Below, in pieces: positions 55,796 to 64,000 of a stretch of DNA of 64,000 nucleotides. How positions within the stretch are numbered: the first letter of the stretch is position 1; each line of letters starts with the position of its first letter. A program made the translations under genes and the position numbers. Below the pieces are notes generated by a model. It saw only the letters and a program-made list of their open reading frames with translations. It was not told the origin of the DNA and searched no databases. The stretch is from Chloroflexota bacterium (GTDB taxonomy: Bacteria > Chloroflexota > UBA11872): contig CBDAOU010000002.1 of the NCBI GenBank assembly GCA_965198185.1, positions 1,986,904-2,050,903 on the forward strand, written 5' to 3'.

Positions 55796-56577
55796 CCGGC
55801 GAGGGGGCGGGTGGCGGACCAGAGCTGCTTGATACCCGGACGGTCAACCTCCGGGAAGGGGTTGAAGGGCGTGCAATCGGCAAGCCCCAGTCCCGCCTGC
55901 GCCAGTCCCGCCCGGACCTCCCGGTCCTCGAACCACCGCGCCCGCAGCACGGCATGGCCGCGCTCAGTGGGGCCGCCCGATCGGCGCTCGATGGTCACAT
56001 GCATTTCCACCCAGGGCCCTTCGTCGTCCCAGACGTAGCGCCGATCGATGGTGAGTCCGGGGCCTCGGTCCGTGCCCGGCTCGCGCCACAGCGCCTCGAA
56101 TCCGGTCCGTGTGTTCAGGTCGAAGACGAATGCCCCACCGGGACGCAGGTGCGCCGCGACGCGCTCGAAGGTCAGCGCCAGGTCGGCGGGACCGGCCAGG
56201 TGGTTGAGGGAGGCGTAGAGACACGTCACGGCGTCGACGGGCTTGGGCAGATCGAACGAGCGCATGTCGCCATGCACAAGCGTCACGGGATAGCCGGCAG
56301 CCTCGGCCTTGGCCCGCGCGGCGGCGAGCATGCCCTGCGACAGGTCGAGACCCGTAACCGCGACACCGCGCGCCGCCTGCAGCAGCGCGTGGGTGCCGGT
56401 GCCGCAGGCGAGGTCGATCAGGTTGCGGGGCGGACCGTCCAGCAGCTGCGCCAGCCGCTCGTCCACCTGCGGCGCGACGAGTTGCGCGTATTCAGCGCCG
56501 TAGGTCTGCTGCCACTGGTCGTAGACCGACGCGAACAGGGTGTAGCCATCCGCGCCGGGCACGGCATCCGCCTCCAC
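55771..56577 (-). CDS. Class I SAM-dependent methyltransferase. Start uncertain, taken at GTG 56577.
   Basis: Motif I LIDLACGTG. Confidence 0.6.
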   Translation of the reverse strand: MEADAVPGADGYTLFASVYDQWQQTYGAEYAQLVAPQVDERLAQLLDGPPRNLIDLACGTGTHALLQAARGVAVTGLDLSQGMLAAARAKAEAAGYPVTLVHGDMRSFDLPKPVDAVTCLYASLNHLAGPADLALTFERVAAHLRPGGAFVFDLNTRTGFEALWREPGTDRGPGLTIDRRYVWDDEGPWVEMHVTIERRSGGPTERGHAVLRARWFEDREVRAGLAQAGLGLADCTPFNPFPEVDRPGIKQLWSATRPLAGYSGPSCA

Positions 56578-56584
56578 TACAGGG

Positions 56585-57130
56585 CTAGCTGTCGCGCAGC
56601 CACTCCGGCACCAGGCCCTGCGCCAGCGCGTCATCCCAGGCGACATGCGACTCAGCCGCGTTCTCGCCGCTGACGTCCGCGGCAATGAGCTGCGGCGCCC
56701 GCACAGTGCCGTCGCGCACGGTCACGCGGCGGGCAACGATGGCCTCCTCGGCCCGCGTGGAAACGCCGGCGTCGATGTCTTCAGCTTCAATGCGGGCCCC
56801 GCGAACAATGCGCGCGCGCACCGACTTGACGCGTAGGAGCCCGATGACCTCGACCTCCTTCGACGTCGTCAGCGCCGTATGCGGGGCTTCGAGGCCTTCG
56901 CCCGCGACCGCCGCGTCGACGATGGTCGGGCCTTCAACGTTCAACTCGGTGCCCTCGATGACGATGGTGAATCCCGGAAAGATGATCGGGGTTTCGACAC
57001 TGGTCACGTCCGCCGGAATGCGCAGCACCTGACGACCATCCACCTCTTCCACCTGACACCCCGGCGGGACGACGGATCCGCGGGGAGAGCGCGCCGGCTT
57101 GACCTCGCGGTAGAACACATCCCCGGTCAT
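56585..57130 (-). CDS. Bactofilin-like (beta-helical polymer-forming) protein, tentative.
   Basis: Repetitive V/I-x-G/A beta-helix-like pattern. AGGAG SD sequence before ATG 57130. Confidence 0.35.
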   Translation of the reverse strand: MTGDVFYREVKPARSPRGSVVPPGCQVEEVDGRQVLRIPADVTSVETPIIFPGFTIVIEGTELNVEGPTIVDAAVAGEGLEAPHTALTTSKEVEVIGLLRVKSVRARIVRGARIEAEDIDAGVSTRAEEAIVARRVTVRDGTVRAPQLIAADVSGENAAESHVAWDDALAQGLVPEWLRDS

Positions 57131-57226
57131 GGGCGTTGACTCCTGCTCGTGGCGCGCGGCGCCGACATGGAACACGTGACGCGCATTGAGCATAGACGGG
57201 GCGTGCGCCGCGCTCCACTCCGCGCA

Positions 57227-57817
57227 TCACGCACGGTCGAGCCACTCGTCCACAAGCCGGGCCTGGGCATCGGCGGACAGACGGTAGTCACAGCCGGTCG
57301 CGGCGCGCTGGCGCGTAGTCTCGTGGAGGCAAATGGCAGCAGCCACGGAGAGGTTGAGGCTGCGAACCATGCCGACCGTGGCGATGCTCATGACCTGGTC
57401 GGCCGCCGCCAGCGCCTCGTCGGAAAGCCCGCGATGCTCGTTGCCGAATAGCAGGGCGAGTCGCGGCGCCGTGAGGTTGGCCGCCGCGAGTTCGCACCCG
57501 CGTGGAGGCGGTGCGGAAGCCACCAGCACGTGGCCTGACGCCCGCAGCGCGTCCAGGCACGCGGCGGTCGAGCGGTGCACCGTGAAGCTCAGCCACTTGT
57601 TCGCCGAGGCGGACGACGCCTTGCCGACGCGTCGCGGCTCGAACGGCGCCTCGTGCTCGAAGACCAGATGCACCTGCTGCACGCCGAACGCGTCGCAACT
57701 CCGAAACACGGCTTCCGCGTTGTGCGGATCGTGGATGTCCTCGAGCACGATCGTCAGCCCGGCCTGCCGGGCAGCCGCCACGGACCGCAGGCGATCGATG
57801 CGGCGTGCGGTCGCCAT
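57227..57817 (-). CDS. SpoU/TrmH-family RNA 2'-O-methyltransferase.
   Basis: SPOUT motifs (LVLEDIHDPHN, LLFGNEHRGLS, SLNLSVAAAI). Confidence 0.75.
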   Translation of the reverse strand: MATARRIDRLRSVAAARQAGLTIVLEDIHDPHNAEAVFRSCDAFGVQQVHLVFEHEAPFEPRRVGKASSASANKWLSFTVHRSTAACLDALRASGHVLVASAPPPRGCELAAANLTAPRLALLFGNEHRGLSDEALAAADQVMSIATVGMVRSLNLSVAAAICLHETTRQRAATGCDYRLSADAQARLVDEWLDRA

Positions 57818-57852
57818 CGCGTGCCTCCTCCGGCTGCCCGGTCGATGTCTCC

Positions 57853-58833
57853 CTAGGCTGTTGCCCCAAGCGCCGCGGGGTTGATGCACCACCGGGGCGC
57901 CTCGCCCGCCAGGACGCGGCGAATCTCCGCCGCCGCGTGCACGGCCATCCGCCGGTTGGACTCCACCGTCAGACCGGCGAAATGGGGCGACAGCAAGACG
58001 TTGGGCGCCTGGAGCAACGGACTCGATGCCGGCGGCTCCTGCGCGAAGACGTCGATGGCCGCCCCGGCGATGCGTTCCTCCAAGAGCGCCTGGGCCAACG
58101 CGGCTTCGTCGACCACCGCGCCACGGCAGGTGTTGACGAGCACCGCCGTCGGCCGCATCGCCGCCAGTGCGTCGGAGTCGATCAGGTGCCGCGTAGCCGG
58201 CGTCAGGGGCACATGCAGCGACACCAGGTCGGCCTGCTCCAACAGCTCAAACAACGTGGCCGCCAGCTCGATCCCCTCGTCCGCGACGTCTGCCGGCGTG
58301 AGATAGGGATCGAAGATCAGCCCCCGCATACCGAACCCATGCACGAGAGCACGAACCACGCGCCGCCCGATCCGCCCCGCCCCAACGACGCCCGCCGTAC
58401 GTCCCGCCAGCTCATACACCGGGACCGTCATGGCCGGCCGCCACTGGCCCGCGCTCACGATGGCGTCTTGGATCGCCAGGCGCTTGAATGCCGCCAGCGC
58501 CGCCGTCACGGCGTGTTCGGCCACCGCCGTGGCGTTGGCCTCGGAGGTGACACTTACCGGAATACCGCGCGCCGTCGCGTGCCCCACGTCAATGGCATCC
58601 ACCCCGACCCCGTGCTTCTGGATGTGGCGCAGGCGCGGCGCCGCGTCGATGACGCGCGCCGTGATCGGCGCCACCCGCACCAGCATCGCGTCGACGCGCT
58701 CCACGTCCTCCATGATGGCGGTTTCGTCGGGGGCAGCGGGAGTGACGACCTGCGCGAACTCGCGCAAATGCTCGACCCCAGCGGCGTCGATCGTCTCGGT
58801 CACCATCACCGTCGGCCGGGCATCGCCGCTCAT
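57853..58833 (-). CDS. D-isomer-specific 2-hydroxyacid dehydrogenase (phosphoglycerate dehydrogenase-like).
   Basis: NAD-binding GVVGAGRIGRRV plus the catalytic R, E and H region. Confidence 0.8.
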   Translation of the reverse strand: MSGDARPTVMVTETIDAAGVEHLREFAQVVTPAAPDETAIMEDVERVDAMLVRVAPITARVIDAAPRLRHIQKHGVGVDAIDVGHATARGIPVSVTSEANATAVAEHAVTAALAAFKRLAIQDAIVSAGQWRPAMTVPVYELAGRTAGVVGAGRIGRRVVRALVHGFGMRGLIFDPYLTPADVADEGIELAATLFELLEQADLVSLHVPLTPATRHLIDSDALAAMRPTAVLVNTCRGAVVDEAALAQALLEERIAGAAIDVFAQEPPASSPLLQAPNVLLSPHFAGLTVESNRRMAVHAAAEIRRVLAGEAPRWCINPAALGATA

Positions 58834-60035
58834 ACGGCGGTCTCACCGCTCGAATGCATGAGATCCGTGTATTTCAGCGCGTTTCCCGTGTTGAGCAACA
58901 CGACGCTCGCGTCGCGCGCCAGGTCGCCGCGGTCGAGCAGGCGCCGCAGCGCCGGCAGCAGCGCGGCGCCTTCGGGGCAGGCGAAGACGCCGTCGCTCTC
59001 GGCAAGCTCCGACATGGCCGCGACCAACTCGTCGTCGCTAACGGCCACGGCCGTTCCGCCGGTCTCGCGGATGGCGCGCAGCACCAGGGCGTGCGCGAAG
59101 GGCAGCGGCACCCGCAGCCCGGGCGCGATCGTGTGCGCGTCGTCCACGCGCTCGGCCGTCGCCGCGCCCGCTTCCCACGCGTCCACAATGGACGCGCATC
59201 CGGCAGCCTGGACGGCGATCAGACGCGGCGGCGGACCCTTGAGCCAGCCCATCTCGTCGAGCTCCCGCATGGCCTTCCAGATGCCGATGAGGCCCACGCC
59301 GCCGCCGGTGGGGTAGAGCACGGCATCCGGCGGTTTCCAGTCGAACGCTTCGGCGATCTCAAGCCCCATGGTCTTCTTGCCCTCCACGCGGTAGGGCTCG
59401 CGCATGGTGGACGCGTCAAACCAGCCGTGGCGCGCGGCGCGCTCCCCGACGATGCGCGCGGCATCGCTGATGAGGCCGTCAACCTCGGTGACGTCGGCAC
59501 CGTAGGCGGCGCATTCCGCCTTGATGGGAAGCGGCGTGTCAATCGGCATCACGACGTGGATCGGCAGGCCGACGGCGGCGCTATAGGCCGCCCACGCGCT
59601 GCCAGCGTTGCCCGCGGTGGGGATGGCCAACTCGAGGGCGCCCAGGGCAGCGGCGGCGGCGACACCCACGGCAGCCCCACGGGCCTTGAAGGTGCCAGTC
59701 GGATTGGCCCCTTCGTCCTTGAGCCAGAGATTCGGCATCCCGAGTTTCAGGCCAACGCCTCGCATGGGCAGCAGCGGCGTATCGCCCGCGCCGAGATGGG
59801 GGCCACCCACCGCCACCGGCGGCAGCAGCTCGCGGAAGCGCCACAGGCCGCGGGGGCGGCGGGCCACGTCATCCGGCGTGATCGCCCGCGCGATGCGGCG
59901 CAGGTCGTAGCGCGCGAGCAGCGACTGGCCGCACGCCTGGCAGACCGTGTGAATCTGATGCGCGTCGTGCTCGCGATCGCACGCGCAGCACGACAGCGCC
60001 TCCAGGTAGTCATCCACTCGCGGCCTGCTTGACAC
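58830..60035 (-). CDS. thrC: Threonine synthase with an N-terminal zinc-ribbon.
   Basis: PLP lysine motif (NPTGTFKARG) and the N-terminal CxxC...CxxC. Confidence 0.8.
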   Translation of the reverse strand: MSSRPRVDDYLEALSCCACDREHDAHQIHTVCQACGQSLLARYDLRRIARAITPDDVARRPRGLWRFRELLPPVAVGGPHLGAGDTPLLPMRGVGLKLGMPNLWLKDEGANPTGTFKARGAAVGVAAAAALGALELAIPTAGNAGSAWAAYSAAVGLPIHVVMPIDTPLPIKAECAAYGADVTEVDGLISDAARIVGERAARHGWFDASTMREPYRVEGKKTMGLEIAEAFDWKPPDAVLYPTGGGVGLIGIWKAMRELDEMGWLKGPPPRLIAVQAAGCASIVDAWEAGAATAERVDDAHTIAPGLRVPLPFAHALVLRAIRETGGTAVAVSDDELVAAMSELAESDGVFACPEGAALLPALRRLLDRGDLARDASVVLLNTGNALKYTDLMHSSGETAV

Positions 60036-60206
60036 TGGTCCCCAAGGTCACCTATTTCCAGCAGCCCGCGAGCCTATCGCACCGCGCCCAGGCCAATCCC
60101 AGGCGACTTCGGTCCACACCGCCGCGGGCCTACTAAACTTGGGGGTGGCGAGTCAACGTGCCGGCGCTGGCCGGCGTGAGGAGCACAGTCCCTGAGCACG
60201 CTATCG

Positions 60207-61532
60207 GTGGTGGGCACTGGCTACGTTGGGCTGACCGTTGGCGCGTGCTTCGCGGACGTCGGCCACGACGTGACGTGCCTGGACATCGACGAGGCGAAGA
60301 TTGAGGCGCTGCGCGCTGGCCACGTGCCGATCTACGAGCCGGGTCTGGAGACGCTGATTGATCGCGGCGTGCGCGCCGGTCGGCTGAAGTTCTCCACCGA
60401 CTACGACGAGGCAGTCCCCGGTCGCGAGTTCATCTTCATCGCCGTCGATACGCCGACCGGCGCGGCCGGTGAGGCCAGCTTGGCGGGCGTCGACGCAGCG
60501 GTGTCCTCCCTCGCGCCCCGCATGACGGCCGGGGCGACGATCGTCACCAAGAGCACCGTGCCGCTGGGCACGGGAGATTTGATCTCGCGCATCCTGCGGG
60601 AGCACGGGGCGGACGATTTTCCCGTCGTATCCAATCCCGAGTTCCAGCGCGAGGGCTCAGCCATCCAGGACTTTCTCAAGCCGGATCGGGTGGTGATCGG
60701 CTCGGGCGACGAAGGCGCCGCCCGGCGCGTGGCAGAGCTGTACCGGACGTTCGACTGTCCGATCATCATCACGGACCTTCGAACGGCCGAGATGATCAAA
60801 TACGCCTCGAACGCCTTCCTGGCGACGCGCATCTCATTTATCAACGAGATGGGCGCGATCTGCGAGGCCCTGGGCGCCGACGTCGAGGTCGTCGGGCACG
60901 GCATGGAGTTGGATCGTCGCGTCGGCCGCGGATACCTGAACGCCGGCATCGGGTGGGGCGGAAGCTGCTTCCCGAAGGACGTGCGCGCGCTCGAGCACAT
61001 GGCGTTGGTCCACGGCTGCCACCCGCAGCTGCTGCGCGCGGTCATGGAGATCAATCGCGACGCGCGGCATTCAGCCGTGCGCAAGCTGCGAGATGGACTG
61101 GGCGATCTGCGGGGCCGCACGGTTGCCGTGCTGGGCCTGTCATTCAAGCCGAACACCGACGACGTGCGCGACGCCCCGGCGGTGGACATCATTCACCTGC
61201 TCACGGGCGAGGGGGCCGAGGTGCGCGCCTACGATCCGGTCGCCGGACCGCGGGCGCAGGAGGCGCTCGGCGACCGGATGACGCTGACGGCTGCACCGCT
61301 CGAGGCGGCGCAGGGCGCGGACGCAGTGCTGATCACCACCGAGTGGAACGAGTTTCGGGAACTCGACTGGGCCGCGATGCGGGCGGCGATGCGCGGGAAC
61401 GTGCTGGTGGACGGCCGCAACATGCACGATCCGGCGCGCATGGCCCAGCTTGGGTTCGCCTACTACGCCATGGGCCGCTCGCCCCGAGCGGCGGCCCACG
61501 AGACGATGGCCTCCGTGGCCAGCGGCGCGTAG
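60207..61532 (+). CDS. UDP-glucose/GDP-mannose dehydrogenase family nucleotide-sugar dehydrogenase.
   Basis: VVGTGYVGL Rossmann motif, the catalytic GGSCFPKD, and the C-terminal UDPG_MGDP_dh_C domain. Confidence 0.85.
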   Translation: MVGTGYVGLTVGACFADVGHDVTCLDIDEAKIEALRAGHVPIYEPGLETLIDRGVRAGRLKFSTDYDEAVPGREFIFIAVDTPTGAAGEASLAGVDAAVSSLAPRMTAGATIVTKSTVPLGTGDLISRILREHGADDFPVVSNPEFQREGSAIQDFLKPDRVVIGSGDEGAARRVAELYRTFDCPIIITDLRTAEMIKYASNAFLATRISFINEMGAICEALGADVEVVGHGMELDRRVGRGYLNAGIGWGGSCFPKDVRALEHMALVHGCHPQLLRAVMEINRDARHSAVRKLRDGLGDLRGRTVAVLGLSFKPNTDDVRDAPAVDIIHLLTGEGAEVRAYDPVAGPRAQEALGDRMTLTAAPLEAAQGADAVLITTEWNEFRELDWAAMRAAMRGNVLVDGRNMHDPARMAQLGFAYYAMGRSPRAAAHETMASVASGA

Positions 61533-61613
61533 GCGGCGATGCGTCGACGCCCGCTGCCGCCAGCCACACCCTCGCCTCCGACGCGCGCGGCGGTCCGTTA
61601 GGCCGGGCGGCGC

Positions 61614-62033
61614 ATGCAGGATTCCGACCGCTCGGTGGGACGCGGGAGCGAACTCTTCGTTGGAATGCTGGTGGTGGCCTTTCTGGTGTTCTTGCTGTGG
61701 TTCCTGCTGCTCCGCCCCGAAGACCCCGCCACGGCTGAACCCGTGCGGACGCAGTCGCCGGTGGTGAGCCCGACGGCGATCATCGACGATGTCAACCGGG
61801 CCTTCGAAAACGTGATCGCGACCCCGACACCCAACCCCACCCCCACGGCGACACCGGTGGCGCGACCCACGCCGACCCCAACGCCGTCCGTCTACACCGT
61901 GCAGGCCGGCGACACGCTGTCCGGCATCGCGGCACGATTTGGATTGACCGTGGACGAGCTCGTGCAAGCCAACCGGCTGGTAGACCCCGACAGCCTGCAG
62001 ATCGGTCAGCAGATCACCATCCCGTCGGAATAG
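61614..62033 (+). CDS. Membrane-anchored LysM-domain protein.
   Basis: TM segment, a Pro/Thr linker and the LysM motif (YTVQAGDTLSGIAARFG...ITIP). Confidence 0.75.
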   Translation: MQDSDRSVGRGSELFVGMLVVAFLVFLLWFLLLRPEDPATAEPVRTQSPVVSPTAIIDDVNRAFENVIATPTPNPTPTATPVARPTPTPTPSVYTVQAGDTLSGIAARFGLTVDELVQANRLVDPDSLQIGQQITIPSE

Positions 62034-62055
62034 CCGCTCGCATACAACCCATCGA

Positions 62056-63225
62056 GTGATGCGCGCAACGCCACACACGCACCGCGCCCTCGCCATCGCC
62101 GCCCACGTGCTGTTTTGGATGTCGCTCTACGTCTACGTGCCCGTGCTGCCGACGTATGCGCGCGACCTCGGGGCCTCGCTGGGAATGGTTGGACTGGTCA
62201 TAGGCGCGTACGGCCTGACGCAGCTCGTGCTGCGCATTCCGATTGGGATCTGGTCGGACCGCGTGGCGCGCCGCAAGCCGTTCCTGATCGGCGGCATGCT
62301 GGCCAATGCGGCGGGGGCAGCCGCGCTGGCGCTGTCGCCCGTGGCCTGGCTGCTGGTCGTCGGGCGGGCGGTCACCGGCGTGGGCGCGTCGACGTTCGTG
62401 ATCGCGTCGGTGCATTTGGCGGAGTTCTTTCCCAGCCGGACGGTGGCCCGTGCGACCGGCATCGCCGTGGGACTGAGCGCGGCCAGTCAGGTCGTGATCA
62501 TGCTGATCGGCGGCGCGGTGGCCGAAGCCAGCGCGGTTGCCACAACGTTCTGGGTTGCCGTCGGGCTCGGATTGGTCGGGGCGGTGGTGCTGCTGCCGCT
62601 GCCAGACCACGCCCGCCCCCCGCGGGAACAGCCGCCGCAAGTGCAAGCGTTGGCACGCGCCGGCACGCAACGCAGCACCCTGGTGGCCGCGGCGCTCGCC
62701 GCCCTGCTGCAATTCGCGCAATTCGGCCTCACGTTCGCCTTCGTTCCGCTCTGGGCCGATTCGCTCGGCGCGAGCAACTTCGACCTGGGGTTGCTCGCGA
62801 CCGTCGCCATCACGGCCAATGGCCTGGGCGCACTGGTGCTGGTCGGCGCCGGGGCGCGGCTGAACGGCCGTCTGGCCACCGTCTTCGGGTTTGGCCTGAC
62901 GGCGGTTTCGAGTCTTCTGATTCCGATCTTGCCGAATCTGGCGGTGCTCACGATCGTGCAGGGGATCGGGGGATTCGGTCGCGGGCTCGTGTTCCCGGCG
63001 CTCATGGCGCACAGCATCGAGCGCGCGGCTCCGGCCGAACGCGCCACGGCGATGGGCGTATTTCAGGGGGTCTATGCGCTGGGCATGTTTCTCGGCCCGG
63101 TGAGCGCGGGCGTGCTGGGCGAGTGGCTGGGGCTGGAGCGCGTCTTCCTGCTGATCGGGGCGCTGATGGTCCTGGGAGCGCTGGCGGCGGCCCGATACGT
63201 TGCCCATGGCGACGACCGGTTGTAG
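62056..63225 (+). CDS. MFS transporter.
   Basis: 12-TM pattern and the MFS motif GxxSDRxxRR (WSDRVARRKP). Confidence 0.8.
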   Translation: MMRATPHTHRALAIAAHVLFWMSLYVYVPVLPTYARDLGASLGMVGLVIGAYGLTQLVLRIPIGIWSDRVARRKPFLIGGMLANAAGAAALALSPVAWLLVVGRAVTGVGASTFVIASVHLAEFFPSRTVARATGIAVGLSAASQVVIMLIGGAVAEASAVATTFWVAVGLGLVGAVVLLPLPDHARPPREQPPQVQALARAGTQRSTLVAAALAALLQFAQFGLTFAFVPLWADSLGASNFDLGLLATVAITANGLGALVLVGAGARLNGRLATVFGFGLTAVSSLLIPILPNLAVLTIVQGIGGFGRGLVFPALMAHSIERAAPAERATAMGVFQGVYALGMFLGPVSAGVLGEWLGLERVFLLIGALMVLGALAAARYVAHGDDRL

Positions 63226-63356
63226 GAACAATATCGGTCAATGTGCGGCGTCGTAGAAGGGGAGGGGAAATTATGTTCCCAAATCCCATAGACGGTGCAT
63301 GTGCGGCGTGCTAGCATCGCGCCCCCGCGAGCGGTGAAACTCTGGAGGGGTGCGAC

Positions 63357-63839
63357 GTGCGGCGCAAGCTGCAGAAGCGAGCGTTTCGCGATATCGACCG
63401 CGGCCCTCTGGGCGCGATGCTGTTCAGCGCCCGCAAGCGCAAGCGCCTGACGCAGGCCGAGCTGGCCAGCCGCATCGACCGCGACCGCCCGTGGGTGAGC
63501 GACGTCGAGACGGGCAAGATCATGCACGTGCCGGACAACGACCTCGACGCGGTTGCGGGAATTCTCGGCCTGGAGGTGGCGATGCTCCGGCGGGCCCGCG
63601 CCCAGTCCGCGCCGCGCGCGGCGGGCGCCTCGCCGGCGGCGAGCGGGACCGTCGACCGCGGCTGCGGCATGTGCGGGGCGTCCAACCCATGGGACGCCCG
63701 GTACTGCGTGAACTGCGGCGAGCAGCTGCCGCTGGAGACCGTGTGCGAGACATGCGGCCGGATCATTCGCGCCGACTCGCGGTTCTGCGCCTATTGCGGC
63801 GAGCCCGCGTCCAGCGCCGCGCCGGCGACGCAGGCCTAG
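63357..63839 (+). CDS. XRE-family HTH protein with a C-terminal double zinc-ribbon.
   Basis: HTH (RKRLTQAELASRI) and CGMCG...CVNCG...CETCG...CAYCG. Confidence 0.65.
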   Translation: MRRKLQKRAFRDIDRGPLGAMLFSARKRKRLTQAELASRIDRDRPWVSDVETGKIMHVPDNDLDAVAGILGLEVAMLRRARAQSAPRAAGASPAASGTVDRGCGMCGASNPWDARYCVNCGEQLPLETVCETCGRIIRADSRFCAYCGEPASSAAPATQA

Positions 63840-64000
63840 TCCCAGTCAGCCAGGCGCCAACGCCGGCCCGGGGTCGGGTCATATACTGCGAAACGGGAAC
63901 CACGAAGACGCGGGGGCACGGGGTAATGACTGAGAGTGCAGCGAACGGGGCCCAGCAGCACGGCGCGCCCATTCGCATTACGATCGAAGTCGACAGGCCC

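Noticed and set aside
1-64000. CRISPR arrays, integrases/transposases and rRNA genes.
   Set aside because: No regularly spaced short repeats with unique spacers were seen. No recombinase or transposase-like ORF was seen. No rRNA-like conserved stretches were seen.

Overview
High-GC (roughly 68-70%) bacterial chromosomal segment. The many long arginine-rich antisense ORFs in the track are high-GC artefacts. About 55 genes can be supported. The window contains the origin-proximal cluster rpmH-rnpA-yidD-yidC-jag on the minus strand, but no dnaA. Two horizontally acquired low-GC islets are the strongest candidates for a new system. The first lies immediately 3' of a tRNA-Ala(GGC) at 18328-19654 and holds a small CxKKK-motif protein with a translationally overlapping GIY-YIG nuclease. 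The second lies at about 43790-45860 and holds a methyltransferase-like Cys-cluster protein plus a SplB-like radical-SAM enzyme. Other supported genes include a large Calx-beta-like repeat surface protein, a BNR sialidase-like protein, a NAD-type formate dehydrogenase alpha subunit, an Lnt-like protein lacking the catalytic Cys, and a SAMHD1-like HD hydrolase. There is also a cytochrome c fused to a glucose/sorbosone dehydrogenase-type propeller, a GlcD-like oxidase, and a frameshifted MocA-like gene next to the tRNA. Housekeeping and accessory genes include Fpg, RqcH, PfkB, citrate synthase, amidase, an OmpR/HK pair, Crp, ArsA-family ATPase, TyrS, Tag, a SHMT-GcvT fusion, Mo-oxidoreductase, QueD/QueC, ThrC, UDP-sugar dehydrogenase, LysM, MFS and others. 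SelD is a selenoprotein: an in-frame UGA (Sec) 18 codons into the gene was missed by the ORF track. A family of dispersed GCTCAGGGCGAACGG-type repeats is present, including a 4-copy 23-bp tandem array between gltA and rpmH. This repeat family and the gene content suggest a Chloroflexota/Thermomicrobia-like organism. No CRISPR array, integrase or transposase was seen.
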